Of a stretch of 64,000 nt of DNA, positions 10,587 through 20,795 are shown piece after piece (the first letter of the stretch is position 1; each line of letters opens with the position of its first letter). Made by a program: the position numbers and the translations under genes. The stretch is from the NCBI GenBank assembly GCA_963801355.1, contig CAWDEM010000008.1, positions 1,920,001 through 1,984,000 on the forward strand, read 5' to 3'. The stretch is from Ignavibacteriota bacterium. GTDB lineage: Bacteria; Bacteroidota; Ignavibacteria; UBA10030; UBA6906. The notes under the pieces were generated by a model, which saw nothing but the letters and a program-made list of their open reading frames with translations, did not search any database and was not told where the DNA came from.

Positions 10587-12244
10587 CGCTCGGGCTCCCA
10601 GCCTGAATGCGCCCAGATTAACCCCAACACGAAGACGAGGAGCACGACGCTGTAGGCCGCTGCACTGCCGATATTGAACATCCGCAACTGTGAGAAGATC
10701 TCCACTGAAATCGGACGTGAGGAGAATGAATACAGAAGAACAGAGGCCACGAATTCCCCTGCAGCCATGATCCCCGCAAGAAGCACGCCCGAGAGAACCG
10801 CAGGTCGGATGACGGGGAAGACAACTCCCCAGAACGTCCTCAACTGTGAAGCCCCGAGGGATCTGGCCGCTTCGGGAAGTGCGGGATCCAGGTTGTCCAG
10901 CGCAGCCGACGCAGGCTGCAAGACAAGTGGATATGTGCGAAGGACGTATGCGAGCGGCAGTATCCAGACGGTCCCCACGAGCACAAGATTCCCTGTCAAA
11001 GGGGTCAGACCCCCGAAGGCCTGAATCAGCGCGATCGCCACCACCGTTCCGGGCAGCGCGTACGGCGTGGAAAGCAGCATCCCCATGAAGCCGGCAGCCT
11101 TCATACGGCGATATCGATGCACACCCCATGCGATGCCCAGTCCGACGCCTCCCGAGACTACCATCGTAGCAAGAGCCATCCACGCACTGGTGACCACAGG
11201 CTCATACATGCGCGGATCATTCACAAAGTCTGCATAGTTTTGAAGCGTGTACTCCTGCGGCAGGATTTGCCATGTCCACGACCCCTCCTTTGCAAACGAG
11301 AGAAGCAGAATTACGAGGAACGGGAGCACGGACAGGCCGATAAGCAGGTACGCGGCGATGACGGCAACCCTCCGGAGCGTTGGAGGCAAAGTGAGTCGCA
11401 CCTGGCGCGCAACACCCTTCGTGGCTGTCCGCGCTCCATGTTCGCCTGCCGCCGTCCGCGCGAGGATGAAAAATACCAGGCAAACCGCGGCCAGCAGCAC
11501 CGACTGGGCGGCCGCAAGATCCAGATCACCGTTGAGCTTCGTGAGGTAGATCTGCAGCGTCAGGAACCGGCGTTCCCCTGCAAACAACAACGGCGCGGTG
11601 AACGATGCCATGCTCGCCATGAAGGTCAACACGGAGGCTCCCAGAAACGCCGGGCGCAATCCCGGAAGGAGGACTTGCAGGAACACTTTCCAGGGTCCGG
11701 CGCCCAAAGTGGACGCGGCCTCCAACTGTGCACCATCGAATTTCCGCAGCGCAGCCGCAATCATAAGATAGAAGTAGACGGAGAACGAATATGTGTGCAC
11801 GGCCAGAACGCCTCCGACTCCCGACAGCCCTGGAGTGCGAAACGCACCTCCGCTTATCTCATTCACCAATCGAGGTACGACGCCGGATTCTCCAAAGGCA
11901 AGCAGAATAGCAATTGCTCCTACCAGAGGGGGCAGCCCTACGGGTAACACCGCGAGACGGGCAAGGATCCCCCTCCCCGCAAAGTCCAGCTGTGTCAATG
12001 CAAGCGCCAGCATCGTGCCAACAACAGCACTGGTGATAACCGATAGCAGTGAAATGCCTACCGAGTTGACCACACTTTCGAGGTTGGCCCGATTGGAAGG
12101 GTCGAGCAGCTGGATGTAGCGCTGGACAGAGATCGATCCGTCGACGTCGAGACTCCGGAAGACCAGCATGGCAATGGGAAAGCCGACACATGCCACCAGG
12201 AACAGAACGAGGGCAAAGGCAGGTATCTTCCGCAGGGTACTCAT
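10583..12244 (-). CDS. Fe3+/thiamine-type (FbpB-like) ABC transporter permease, duplicated domain
   Basis: Two EAA loops (LEAASTLGA, PEAARSLGA). Start placed at ATG 12244, an ATGA overlap with the ATPase stop. Confidence 0.9.
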   Translation of the reverse strand: MSTLRKIPAFALVLFLVACVGFPIAMLVFRSLDVDGSISVQRYIQLLDPSNRANLESVVNSVGISLLSVITSAVVGTMLALALTQLDFAGRGILARLAVLPVGLPPLVGAIAILLAFGESGVVPRLVNEISGGAFRTPGLSGVGGVLAVHTYSFSVYFYLMIAAALRKFDGAQLEAASTLGAGPWKVFLQVLLPGLRPAFLGASVLTFMASMASFTAPLLFAGERRFLTLQIYLTKLNGDLDLAAAQSVLLAAVCLVFFILARTAAGEHGARTATKGVARQVRLTLPPTLRRVAVIAAYLLIGLSVLPFLVILLLSFAKEGSWTWQILPQEYTLQNYADFVNDPRMYEPVVTSAWMALATMVVSGGVGLGIAWGVHRYRRMKAAGFMGMLLSTPYALPGTVVAIALIQAFGGLTPLTGNLVLVGTVWILPLAYVLRTYPLVLQPASAALDNLDPALPEAARSLGASQLRTFWGVVFPVIRPAVLSGVLLAGIMAAGEFVASVLLYSFSSRPISVEIFSQLRMFNIGSAAAYSVVLLVFVLGLIWAHSGWEPER

Positions 12245-13302
12245 CGTCCGGGTTTTGAGAATAGCCTTGCCGACTGCCACTCAATATCCATCCCAACCTG
12301 TTGGCCTTCGGACCAGGGAAGCCGCGCCCTGGTGCCCGTCACAGCCGCTTGCAGGAGCAGCGCACCTGCACGGATCGTGAGCATGACACTTGCGCCGCGA
12401 AACTCGACGGATTCCAGCACACCCGGGAGGGATGCACCTTGCACATCGGACAGCACATCAATCATCTCGGGCAACAGGAGGACTTCCGCCGGCCCCTCCG
12501 GTATGTCCGTGGAAACATGGGGCAGTACAACGGGAAGATCGTTCAATCTCATTACATGAGTTGTCCCGTCCACGATCCCTTCGAGCACATTCTCCCAGCC
12601 CAGAAAGCGTGCCACGAATGGGCTTGCCGGCGCATAGTACAGGTCCGCCGGAATTCCCACCTGTTCGATGTGCCCTTCGCGTATCACGGCCACGCGATCC
12701 GAAATACTCAACGCCTCGGCCTGATCGTGCGTCACGTAGAGGGTGGTAATCCCTGTGCGCTTCTGGAGCGTGCGGATCTCCATCCGCGTGCGCTGGCGAA
12801 GTGTGACGTCAAGGTTGCTTAGCGGCTCGTCAAACAGGAGCACGGCGGGTTCGATAACCAGGGCGCGGGCAACCGCGACACGTTGTTGCTCGCCGCCGCT
12901 CAAGCTCGCGACGTTCGCATGCTTCCTGTCGACAAGAGAAACGCGGGTGAGTGCTTCATCCGTTCTTCTCGCCACCTCACCGGGGGAAACCCCGCGAAGC
13001 CGGAGACCGAAAGAGACATTTTCCTCAACGGTCATATGGGGAAAGAGCGCATAGTTCTGGAACACCAGGCCGACTCCGCGGTTCTGCGGCGGAAGGCCTG
13101 TGATGTCGCGTTCCCCCAGCATTACCGTGCCGCTGTCGGGGCGTTCGAGGCCTGCCGCGATGCGCAGCAAGGTCGATTTGCCGCTGCCACTCGGTCCGAG
13201 CAGTGAAAAGAATTCCCCGGCACGAATGTCCAGATCAACGGCATCCACGGCTTTCCGCCCGCCGAACTGTCGTGATATTCCGTGAAAGGTCAGCCCTGTC
13301 AT
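12241..13302 (-). CDS. ABC transporter ATP-binding protein (FbpC/PotA-like)
   Basis: GPSGSGKS, VFQNYALFPH, LSGGEQQR, LLFDEP, VTHD, C-terminal TOBE-like region. Confidence 0.95.
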   Translation of the reverse strand: MTGLTFHGISRQFGGRKAVDAVDLDIRAGEFFSLLGPSGSGKSTLLRIAAGLERPDSGTVMLGERDITGLPPQNRGVGLVFQNYALFPHMTVEENVSFGLRLRGVSPGEVARRTDEALTRVSLVDRKHANVASLSGGEQQRVAVARALVIEPAVLLFDEPLSNLDVTLRQRTRMEIRTLQKRTGITTLYVTHDQAEALSISDRVAVIREGHIEQVGIPADLYYAPASPFVARFLGWENVLEGIVDGTTHVMRLNDLPVVLPHVSTDIPEGPAEVLLLPEMIDVLSDVQGASLPGVLESVEFRGASVMLTIRAGALLLQAAVTGTRARLPWSEGQQVGMDIEWQSARLFSKPGR

Positions 13303-14324
13303 CGTGCCTGCCGCCCCCGTCCTTTTACCTCTTCATCCCAGAGCTTCATCCATTCCTGTTCTCTTGCGGCAATCGACCGCCAGTCGACGTCCATGGATTT
13401 CACGTGCAGTCCGGCTATCCAGGCGGGCAGCAGGGAGGCAGGAATGTCACCGCGCGCCGGAATGCGGAAGAATCGCTGGGCCTGGATGACCGTGTTTTCG
13501 ATGGATGTCACGTACTCATAGAACGACACCGCCGCGGCGCGGTGCCGGGCTCCCTTGACCAGGGCGATGCCATCGGTGATCACCGGAGTGCCGCTGGCAG
13601 GAATGCTGTATGCGAAGGGGTACCCATGCTCGCGGGCCTGAATAACCACGTCGGGAAGATCCCAGATGGTCACCACTCCCTCTTCGCGTGCGATTTTCAG
13701 GTAGAGTTGTGTCGGGTCGGCCGCATACGACCGCGTGTTTGCATCCAGCGCACGCAACCACCGGAGTCCCGCATCAGTACTGCCGCTGCGCCGCAACTCC
13801 CGCTCGATGATCGCAGCAAACATCGTCCGCATTGTCCCCGAGGCCAGGGGGAGCCTGATGATGATCCGATCCTGCCAGCGTGGCGCGAGCAAATCATCCC
13901 AATCTCGGGGCGCATCCGCGCTGTCCACGACACGGGAGTTGTACATGATCACTTCCGGCAGCAATGCCGTGCCGTACCAGAACGACTTCGCACTTTTTGC
14001 CTCTGCCGTGACCGCACCGCCCCAGGAAGGCACATACGGATCCAACAAGTCTTCCTTCTCCGCCCGGTCAAAGAGAACCATCGGTCCACCCCACCAGAGA
14101 TCAGCCTGCGGATTCCCTCTCTCGGTGCGAACGCGATCCAGCGCATCCTGCGATCCCATGTCCAGCCACTGGACGTCATACTCCGGGTGGACTGCTTCGT
14201 AGCGTTCTTCGAATTCGCGGAGCAGCTCTTTGCCATGGGGGGAATAGACGACAATCGGTTCGCGGGCGGTTCCGCCGCAACCGAGAAGGAACACCAGTGT
14301 GCCGATCGCCGGAAGTTGACGCAT
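13299..14324 (-). CDS. ABC transporter substrate-binding lipoprotein (FbpA/AfuA-like)
   Basis: Lipobox LLGC; E..NPQADLWWGG, P.DW.DLL.P, P..GT motifs of SBP family 6. Confidence 0.9.
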   Translation of the reverse strand: MRQLPAIGTLVFLLGCGGTAREPIVVYSPHGKELLREFEERYEAVHPEYDVQWLDMGSQDALDRVRTERGNPQADLWWGGPMVLFDRAEKEDLLDPYVPSWGGAVTAEAKSAKSFWYGTALLPEVIMYNSRVVDSADAPRDWDDLLAPRWQDRIIIRLPLASGTMRTMFAAIIERELRRSGSTDAGLRWLRALDANTRSYAADPTQLYLKIAREEGVVTIWDLPDVVIQAREHGYPFAYSIPASGTPVITDGIALVKGARHRAAAVSFYEYVTSIENTVIQAQRFFRIPARGDIPASLLPAWIAGLHVKSMDVDWRSIAAREQEWMKLWDEEVKGRGRQAR

Positions 14325-14327
14325 CGC

Positions 14328-16667
14328 TCAGCGTGCCCTGAGAGGGTAGGAGACCATGTTCGCCAGGCAGCGGAGGGCGCCCGGGTGGCGGTCCTTGAGC
14401 TGGCGGTACCAGACGTAGGTGGTGTAGATGTAGCTCCCCGCGCCGTACGAGGCACAGAGGTAGCCGGTGTCCGCATCCGGTTCATCAGGATCATGGGTGC
14501 TGATCAACCGTTCGTACACGGGAGGGACATCCACCGGGAGATACACCGACCGCTCCTGCTTCCAGCCGTCCCAATCGCGCGCAGTGATCGCATTGGGCCA
14601 ACGGAGTAACGGATGTCCCGGGAGAAGAGCGATGACGGGAGCATCCTCCATTGTTACCCGTTGCCGGCTGACGGAGAACGGGTATGGCGCGTACTCTCCT
14701 TTCCATTCAGCGTCACGCTGGTACATGACGACAAGGTTCCCACCCCTCCGGACCCAGTCGATCAGGCGGCGGTTGTGTTCTCGGAGCGCAGCGCGGACAA
14801 GATATGCACGCATGTCAACGATGATCGTCTGATACAGACTCAGATCTCCGTCCGCCAGGGTGGCATCGTTGAGTGTGTCACAGCGCACCCGAAGGTCCCT
14901 TAATGAGCCCGACAATGTACTGTCATAACTTGACACGAGGCCAACGCGGACAGCCGCTGGTACCACGACATCGGCAACGCGGAGGATGATTGTCCGCGCG
15001 GCATAGTCGGTGCTCAAATGAATTGTATACTCGCCTTCAGCGGGGTCTGCCGGAGCCACGAGCAGCACCATTCCATCCTCTGTTGCACCCTCCTTTTCCA
15101 GCGCAAACGTGAACCCTCTCGCCTTCCAGCCGGCCGGGGCACTAACGCTGACAGTGCCGGCACTCTTATGAGGAAACATGTTCGTCACGGTGCACGGAAG
15201 AGAAATCCCTTTTGCGGCGTCGCCGGTCTGTGCCCAGAGTACTTCGGAGCCCGTCCGCAGCAGGTGCGGCGATGCGATGTCAATAACCAGCGGGACGCGA
15301 AGGGTCAACGGCTGACCATCGAGTGTATATGCCATGAGGACTTCCGGCGTGTCGCCGTCCTCGATTGCACGATAGAGATGTTCGGCCTTGGGGAACGAAA
15401 TCCGCGGTCGATCACCCACACGGAGCGTGAATGTTCTTATCTTCGCCCCCGTCACGGACTCCTCTTGCTGTACGGACCAGCCGTCCGGCAAAGACCATCC
15501 CATACTGTCGACAGAGAACGGCCCTTCCGCCGCATGCGGCGAGACAGTCACCTGCATCCGCTGTCCCGCGACCAGTATCGAATCATCATAGCGGACGCGG
15601 CATTCGAGCCCGGTTGCGACCGCCGCGAGATGCTCAACCCGTTCGCGCCAGCGCGCGAGAATTCTGCTGCTCAGCGTCGTCCGCCCCGCCGGGGTCCGTC
15701 CGATCACGTCGATCTGACGCAAACACGATGACGCCGTCCGGGTCAACATTTCCCACGGTTCACCCGGGTGCATTGTCTGCAGGGAATCCGCAAGCGGCTT
15801 CAACGATTGCATGGGTTCGTGGGACCAATTCCTGATGCCGGTGAAGAAATCGGTGCTGTCCTGAGGGAACAGGCTGCTTGCCCGGGCCAGCCGATAGGAG
15901 CTCCGGCCGCGATTGAACGCACGGAGATCGGCCCGATCCAGCCCCTGCGTCCGGTGCATGCGCAATGCCTGAGTTGCGACGTCGATATACGCAACACCAC
16001 GAATATCGTTCACCTCTTCCAGGTTGTGCACAACATCGAGAGTCCCGGGGGATCCCCCGAATACTCTGAGGAACAACTTCCGGGGTTGCCAGAGGTCAAT
16101 GCCGGGTTCATGCAGTTGCTCCGGGAACATGCTCGAGTCGGCAGCGGCGTCAAACGCGGCGATGAGGGTTACAGCGACCGCCTGATGATGTCCGTGGCCG
16201 CCCCAGGTGTTGTGATTGCTGAACAAGACGTCGGGCTTCACGCGGCGGATGACGTAGACCAGGCGGCGCAGCACCTCCTGCTGCCCTCCCCAGATACGGA
16301 ACGCCTCCGTCGCGGTCTTTGAATAGCCGAAATCGGGGAAGTTCAGAAACTCCACTTCGGCTCCGAGGATTGCCCCCGCGGCGCGGGTCTCCGCCGTACG
16401 GATCACCCCGAGGTCTTCGTACAGCTCGGATCCCTTCTCGTTTTGTCCGCCCTCGCCACGCGTAAACAGCACGGAGTACGTGTGGACCCCATACTTCATC
16501 CGGTAGTACGCGAGCGTCGCGCCGTCTTCGTCGTCGGGATGGGCGGAAATATCCATCAGAACGCAGGGCTGGGAAAGATCCCGCAACGTCCGGGCGATCT
16601 CCGTACGGTCGCGGGCTGAAGTCCCGATGGCGATCAGGGCAAGTACGATGGTGACCAGATACTTCAC
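14328..16667 (-). CDS. Exported PIG-L/LmbE family deacetylase with NEW3-like Ig and C-terminal GATase-like domains
   Basis: Signal peptide; SAHPDDE, TRGEGGQN, DFGYSK, HGHHQ motifs; C-terminal ..GGNLVVMYQ..PYP..GW.QER. Confidence 0.88.
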   Translation of the reverse strand: MKYLVTIVLALIAIGTSARDRTEIARTLRDLSQPCVLMDISAHPDDEDGATLAYYRMKYGVHTYSVLFTRGEGGQNEKGSELYEDLGVIRTAETRAAGAILGAEVEFLNFPDFGYSKTATEAFRIWGGQQEVLRRLVYVIRRVKPDVLFSNHNTWGGHGHHQAVAVTLIAAFDAAADSSMFPEQLHEPGIDLWQPRKLFLRVFGGSPGTLDVVHNLEEVNDIRGVAYIDVATQALRMHRTQGLDRADLRAFNRGRSSYRLARASSLFPQDSTDFFTGIRNWSHEPMQSLKPLADSLQTMHPGEPWEMLTRTASSCLRQIDVIGRTPAGRTTLSSRILARWRERVEHLAAVATGLECRVRYDDSILVAGQRMQVTVSPHAAEGPFSVDSMGWSLPDGWSVQQEESVTGAKIRTFTLRVGDRPRISFPKAEHLYRAIEDGDTPEVLMAYTLDGQPLTLRVPLVIDIASPHLLRTGSEVLWAQTGDAAKGISLPCTVTNMFPHKSAGTVSVSAPAGWKARGFTFALEKEGATEDGMVLLVAPADPAEGEYTIHLSTDYAARTIILRVADVVVPAAVRVGLVSSYDSTLSGSLRDLRVRCDTLNDATLADGDLSLYQTIIVDMRAYLVRAALREHNRRLIDWVRRGGNLVVMYQRDAEWKGEYAPYPFSVSRQRVTMEDAPVIALLPGHPLLRWPNAITARDWDGWKQERSVYLPVDVPPVYERLISTHDPDEPDADTGYLCASYGAGSYIYTTYVWYRQLKDRHPGALRCLANMVSYPLRAR

Positions 16668-17323
16668 TCTCGTGCTTCCCCTCCCTGGATTTCCGGAATC
16701 GCCTCCCGCAACGCCTGCAGCGGCACAACACCAAGGCGGAGTATGCGGGGGGGAGAAACGGTGACGTCGATCACAGTGGATGGCGGCGTCGGAGGGAGTT
16801 CACCCGCATCGAGAAACAGATCCACACCGCGCGGGATTGCATTGTGGATTTCCTTCACGGCATGAAGAGAGGGCCCCCCGGAGAGATTCGCGCTCGTGGA
16901 AGTCAACGGGCAACCACAGAGAGCCAGCAGCCTGCGACACAGCGGGCTTGAGGATATGCGTATGCCGATGGTTCCGGAGCCGTGCGAGAGGAGATCGGGC
17001 ACCTCTTTTGTCGCCTTGAATACCATGGTCAGGGGACCCGGCCAGAACCTTGCCATGAGCAGACGGGCCTCCTCGCTGATTTCCGTCGTCAGCGCCGCGA
17101 GTTGCTGTTCATCTCTGACTATCACAAGGATCGGCTTGTGCCCTTCGCGTTGTTTGATCGCGCGCACCTTGGCGATGGCCGATCCATCCCAGCCGTTCGC
17201 CCCGATCCCGTACAGCGTCTCGGTCGGATACACGATGACGCCTCCGGCCTGGATGACCTCTGCTGCCAGCACCATCGCCTTGTCTTCCGGGTGTGCAGCA
17301 TCCACCTTCATGACGAGAGACAT
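16664..17323 (-). CDS. tsaC: L-threonylcarbamoyladenylate synthase (TsaC/YrdC)
   Basis: YPTETLYG, K.R...KP, FWPGPLT, STSANLSG, PSTVID. Confidence 0.95.
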   Translation of the reverse strand: MSLVMKVDAAHPEDKAMVLAAEVIQAGGVIVYPTETLYGIGANGWDGSAIAKVRAIKQREGHKPILVIVRDEQQLAALTTEISEEARLLMARFWPGPLTMVFKATKEVPDLLSHGSGTIGIRISSSPLCRRLLALCGCPLTSTSANLSGGPSLHAVKEIHNAIPRGVDLFLDAGELPPTPPSTVIDVTVSPPRILRLGVVPLQALREAIPEIQGGEARE

Positions 17324-17335
17324 GATGAACTCCGC

Positions 17336-18394
17336 TTATTGACCGGACATGATATCATGGATTGCGGCCATCACATGCGGGACCGTAATTCCGCGCATGC
17401 AGGCGAATGAACCGATCGGGCATTCGTTGCCGCCATGTATATTGCACGGGCGGCATGGAAGATCCACCACCTCGAGTACACGATCCTTCGGACCGACGGG
17501 TGCAAACCCGATTGCAGGGACGGTTGGCCCGAACAGTGCAAGAACGGGCGTGTCGACACCCATGGCGATATGGCCGGGAGCGCTGTCATTGGACACCAGC
17601 AGGCGACAGCGGTGCAACAGCGCGGCTGATACGGCAAGTGAAGTCATTCCCGCAGCATTGAAAAGCCCGGCAGACCTCCCGCTGGCGTCTGCAATGCTAT
17701 CACAGAGTTTCACATCCCGGTCACCGCCGATGAGCACAACACTGAAACCCTCCCGCATGAGTGTACAGCCGAGCTCTGCATACGCCTCCATCGGCCAGCG
17801 TTTGGTGAGCCAGACCGAACCGGGAGCAAGGGCGATGAGTGGCTTCCGGCTGAACCCCGGAATCGTACGGTCCGCAGTTTCGAGAAGCACGGCTGCAGCC
17901 TGCGCATCCTCTTCATGGATGGCGATAACCGGCAGCACGCGGGAGGGAATGCTTCCCAGCACCGGCTGAAGGAGGCTGAGGTCCCGGTCGATTTCATGAT
18001 CAGATGACCGGTACGGAACTCGTTCGGTAAAGAGCCGCGCTCCGGCGCTCGAGGAGAACCCGATCCGCCGGGGGATGCGTGCCATCCGGACGATCAGCGC
18101 ACTGCGAATGGACCGGTGCGGCACAAGTGCAAGGGTGAACTGCCGCTTCTGCAGAAGCCTGACAAGCCCGTGCATTCCCCGCCATCCGCGATGGACTCCC
18201 CGTTTGTCATAGGGGATAACATCATCAACCGCGGGGTGTTTTCTCACAAGTTCGGCCACCGCAGGAACTGTGACAACGCTGATTGTGCCGCCGGGTCTCT
18301 GTTGCCGGAGGGTCTGGAGCAGGGGGAACATCAGGACAACATCCCCGATGAATGCCGTATGAAACACGAGCACCCGCTCCGCAGCCGGCGTCAT
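17336..18394 (-). CDS. waaF: GT9 lipopolysaccharide heptosyltransferase (WaaF-like)
   Basis: AFIGDVV, APGSVW.TKRWP, SNDSAP.H, LFGPT, C.PC...C motifs. Confidence 0.85.
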   Translation of the reverse strand: MTPAAERVLVFHTAFIGDVVLMFPLLQTLRQQRPGGTISVVTVPAVAELVRKHPAVDDVIPYDKRGVHRGWRGMHGLVRLLQKRQFTLALVPHRSIRSALIVRMARIPRRIGFSSSAGARLFTERVPYRSSDHEIDRDLSLLQPVLGSIPSRVLPVIAIHEEDAQAAAVLLETADRTIPGFSRKPLIALAPGSVWLTKRWPMEAYAELGCTLMREGFSVVLIGGDRDVKLCDSIADASGRSAGLFNAAGMTSLAVSAALLHRCRLLVSNDSAPGHIAMGVDTPVLALFGPTVPAIGFAPVGPKDRVLEVVDLPCRPCNIHGGNECPIGSFACMRGITVPHVMAAIHDIMSGQ

Positions 18395-19326
18395 GGCTCG
18401 GCCTTCGGGGGCATGTGCTGCGACCGGGTATCACGCTGCAACGATTCGTAGTAGGGCGTGTGTTTCCACCGCTTGTGCATCCAGAGCCAGTGGTCCGGAT
18501 TGCGCCGGATTGCCCGTTCGAGTACTGCCGTGTGCCTCTTCGTGAGTTCTGCGACCTGTTCTTCACGGGAGCCCTGGAGTCCGCCGGTATCGACTTCTTC
18601 AAATGCGCCCCGGTATGTACCATCCGTCTGGCGCACGAGGAACAATGCGAGAATGGCTGCACCCGAGCGCAGGGCGAAGGCGGCCGCGCCGCGGTGGGTG
18701 GCTGACGGGCGTCCGAAGAACGGGACAAAGATGGATTCCCTTGGGCCGCTCTGGTCGCCGAGAATGAGCACAGCCTCATTGCGACGGAGGGCCGCGAGCA
18801 CTTCACGCACAGCCGGGCCCATCGGCACGGTCACCGTGTCAAACCGCCTGCGCCGCTCGTCAACGCGGGCATCGACATATGCATTGCGCTGACGCTGGGC
18901 AATCGCCGTCACTCTGACCGGAAGCTGAAGCCGCACGCTGCTCAAGAGGAGTTCCCACGATCCGAAATGTGCACTGAGAAGGATCACACCCTTCCCGCGC
19001 TTCAGTGCGTCAGCCAGGAGCCCGGGATTCTCTATATGAACGAGTGGGACAAGCACCCCGGGACCCTGACCGTAGGTCCAGAGCATTTCCACCAGGGCGA
19101 TACCATAGTTTCTATACGCGCCGCGCAGGATCGTCTCCCTCTCGTGAGGCGTGAGTTCGGGAAGCGCCCGGGCGAGGTTGTCGCGCGTGACATTCCTGCG
19201 ATAGCCGGTCAGCCGGAGGATAAGCGTACCCAGCACTGCACCGACACGCTGTGCACCGCGGGGCGAGAGGGAGCGCACAAGCCACGCGAGAAGCCGGAAC
19301 AGTGCATATTCAATTCTGGATGTCAT
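18391..19326 (-). CDS. Lipid A late acyltransferase (LpxL/HtrB family)
   Basis: SAHFGSWE, DQ......VPFFG, IR..P..W.W.HKRWK. Confidence 0.9.
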   Translation of the reverse strand: MTSRIEYALFRLLAWLVRSLSPRGAQRVGAVLGTLILRLTGYRRNVTRDNLARALPELTPHERETILRGAYRNYGIALVEMLWTYGQGPGVLVPLVHIENPGLLADALKRGKGVILLSAHFGSWELLLSSVRLQLPVRVTAIAQRQRNAYVDARVDERRRRFDTVTVPMGPAVREVLAALRRNEAVLILGDQSGPRESIFVPFFGRPSATHRGAAAFALRSGAAILALFLVRQTDGTYRGAFEEVDTGGLQGSREEQVAELTKRHTAVLERAIRRNPDHWLWMHKRWKHTPYYESLQRDTRSQHMPPKAEP

Positions 19327-19350
19327 GCGCGGGCGCGTGGCGGCTTCACC

Positions 19351-20760
19351 CTAGCGCGTGATGCCAACGCGATCCCAGTTCTCGTCGTGCAGTTCGTTGC
19401 GATGAGTTGAATGGACGAGCTCGTAATCACCCGCTGAATTTCTCAGGACAAACACGAAGATCACGCCGCCCTGGATGTTGTTGTAACTCCAGATCTCGTA
19501 CGGACGCGTCTCGGTTTCGTTGGGATGACGCTCCATATCGTCCGGCGCACCGTAGATGATATGCACACGGCCGCGGTCGGTCCGGAACCCGTCACGCGAC
19601 AGGATCCGGAAATTCGCATTGGCATAGGCGACCCTGGCCAGATACTCTTCACGCAGGCCGGGATTGCGGTGCCGCCAGAAATCGCTCAAGAACTTTCTCT
19701 TGGCATCCACAATCGCTTTTGCATCCGCTTCAGTTTTGGCGTCCTTCGCACTGCCCAGTCCTTCATATTGGTCCTTCTCTTCGTCCATCGCCGCGTAGCG
19801 GCACCATTCATTTTCGCGGTCGAGTTCCGACTCGTCCATCGACATGTACTGGGTCATGGGCAATGATGTGGAAGTCGCCAGTAAGGAAGAGTCAACGCCC
19901 AGCGTTGCGTTGTACACAAAGAACTTGCGGCCACTGCTGGCGACGGGAGGCCGGCCGCTGCTGTCCAACAAAGAGAGAATCAACGTGTACGTCCCCGTGC
20001 GCATGCTGTTCACGCCGAACTGATCGACGAGGACACTGGATTCCGACACGCGCTTCCGCGGGCGTTCGCGCGACATGATCTCCTTCCCCACCGCATCATA
20101 CACATTGCTCCGGACAATATAATCGCTCGTATCCTGGCCGCGGAGAAGGTTGTATGCTTCGGCGTAGTAGTAGACCTTCTGATCTTCGGTATAGAGCCCG
20201 CCGACGTTCGGCACTATATCCAGCGTGTTCTTGTAGAAGATACTCCCCTTTGTGCCCTGCCGGATGGAGGACGCAAGCTCCACGTCGCTCAGGACGGGCT
20301 TGGTGGTGCTAACTGCGCGCACCGGCACGTTTAACAGCATGCTGTCGCGGCGGGCGGGGTCATGCCGGTCTCTCCCGACCAGACGAAATCTGTAGTCACC
20401 GTCGGAAAGCTGAAATGCATACAGCCCGACGAGGTTCACCTCCCTCGACAACACCGACGTGTCGGCAATGCTGTGGGGCACCAGCCATCGATCGGCATGG
20501 ACGACAGAATCTTTGAGTGACACAAGAAGAGTAAGGTCAAGGGCACCGCTGAAGCCCGAGGTGTCGACCATGTAGGTGATTGACCTCTCGGGGAAGGCGT
20601 ACGTGATTTCGATGTGCGTGGAGGCATCATCCGAGCCCCGATAACGATTGATGTCCGCGGTGATCCGTATGCGTTCATTGGCAGGACGCGTCTGCGCGAC
20701 AAGTGCAGGCACGACACACAGCACAACAATAGCGAAGATGACATACCTCGACAGTCTCAT
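19351..20760 (-). CDS. Exported GWxTD-domain protein
   Basis: Signal peptide, two Ig-like regions, FW....R..YAN..F....GFRTDRGRVHIIYGAPD....YEIW.Y. Confidence 0.85.
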   Translation of the reverse strand: MRLSRYVIFAIVVLCVVPALVAQTRPANERIRITADINRYRGSDDASTHIEITYAFPERSITYMVDTSGFSGALDLTLLVSLKDSVVHADRWLVPHSIADTSVLSREVNLVGLYAFQLSDGDYRFRLVGRDRHDPARRDSMLLNVPVRAVSTTKPVLSDVELASSIRQGTKGSIFYKNTLDIVPNVGGLYTEDQKVYYYAEAYNLLRGQDTSDYIVRSNVYDAVGKEIMSRERPRKRVSESSVLVDQFGVNSMRTGTYTLILSLLDSSGRPPVASSGRKFFVYNATLGVDSSLLATSTSLPMTQYMSMDESELDRENEWCRYAAMDEEKDQYEGLGSAKDAKTEADAKAIVDAKRKFLSDFWRHRNPGLREEYLARVAYANANFRILSRDGFRTDRGRVHIIYGAPDDMERHPNETETRPYEIWSYNNIQGGVIFVFVLRNSAGDYELVHSTHRNELHDENWDRVGITR

Positions 20761-20795
20761 AGTTGCTCCTTCACAGAAATAGGGACAGCGGGTTT

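Noticed and set aside
13203-14609. 468-aa plus-strand ORF opposite the SBP and PIG-L genes
   Set aside because: Shadow ORF, Arg/His/Pro-rich, with no domain signal.
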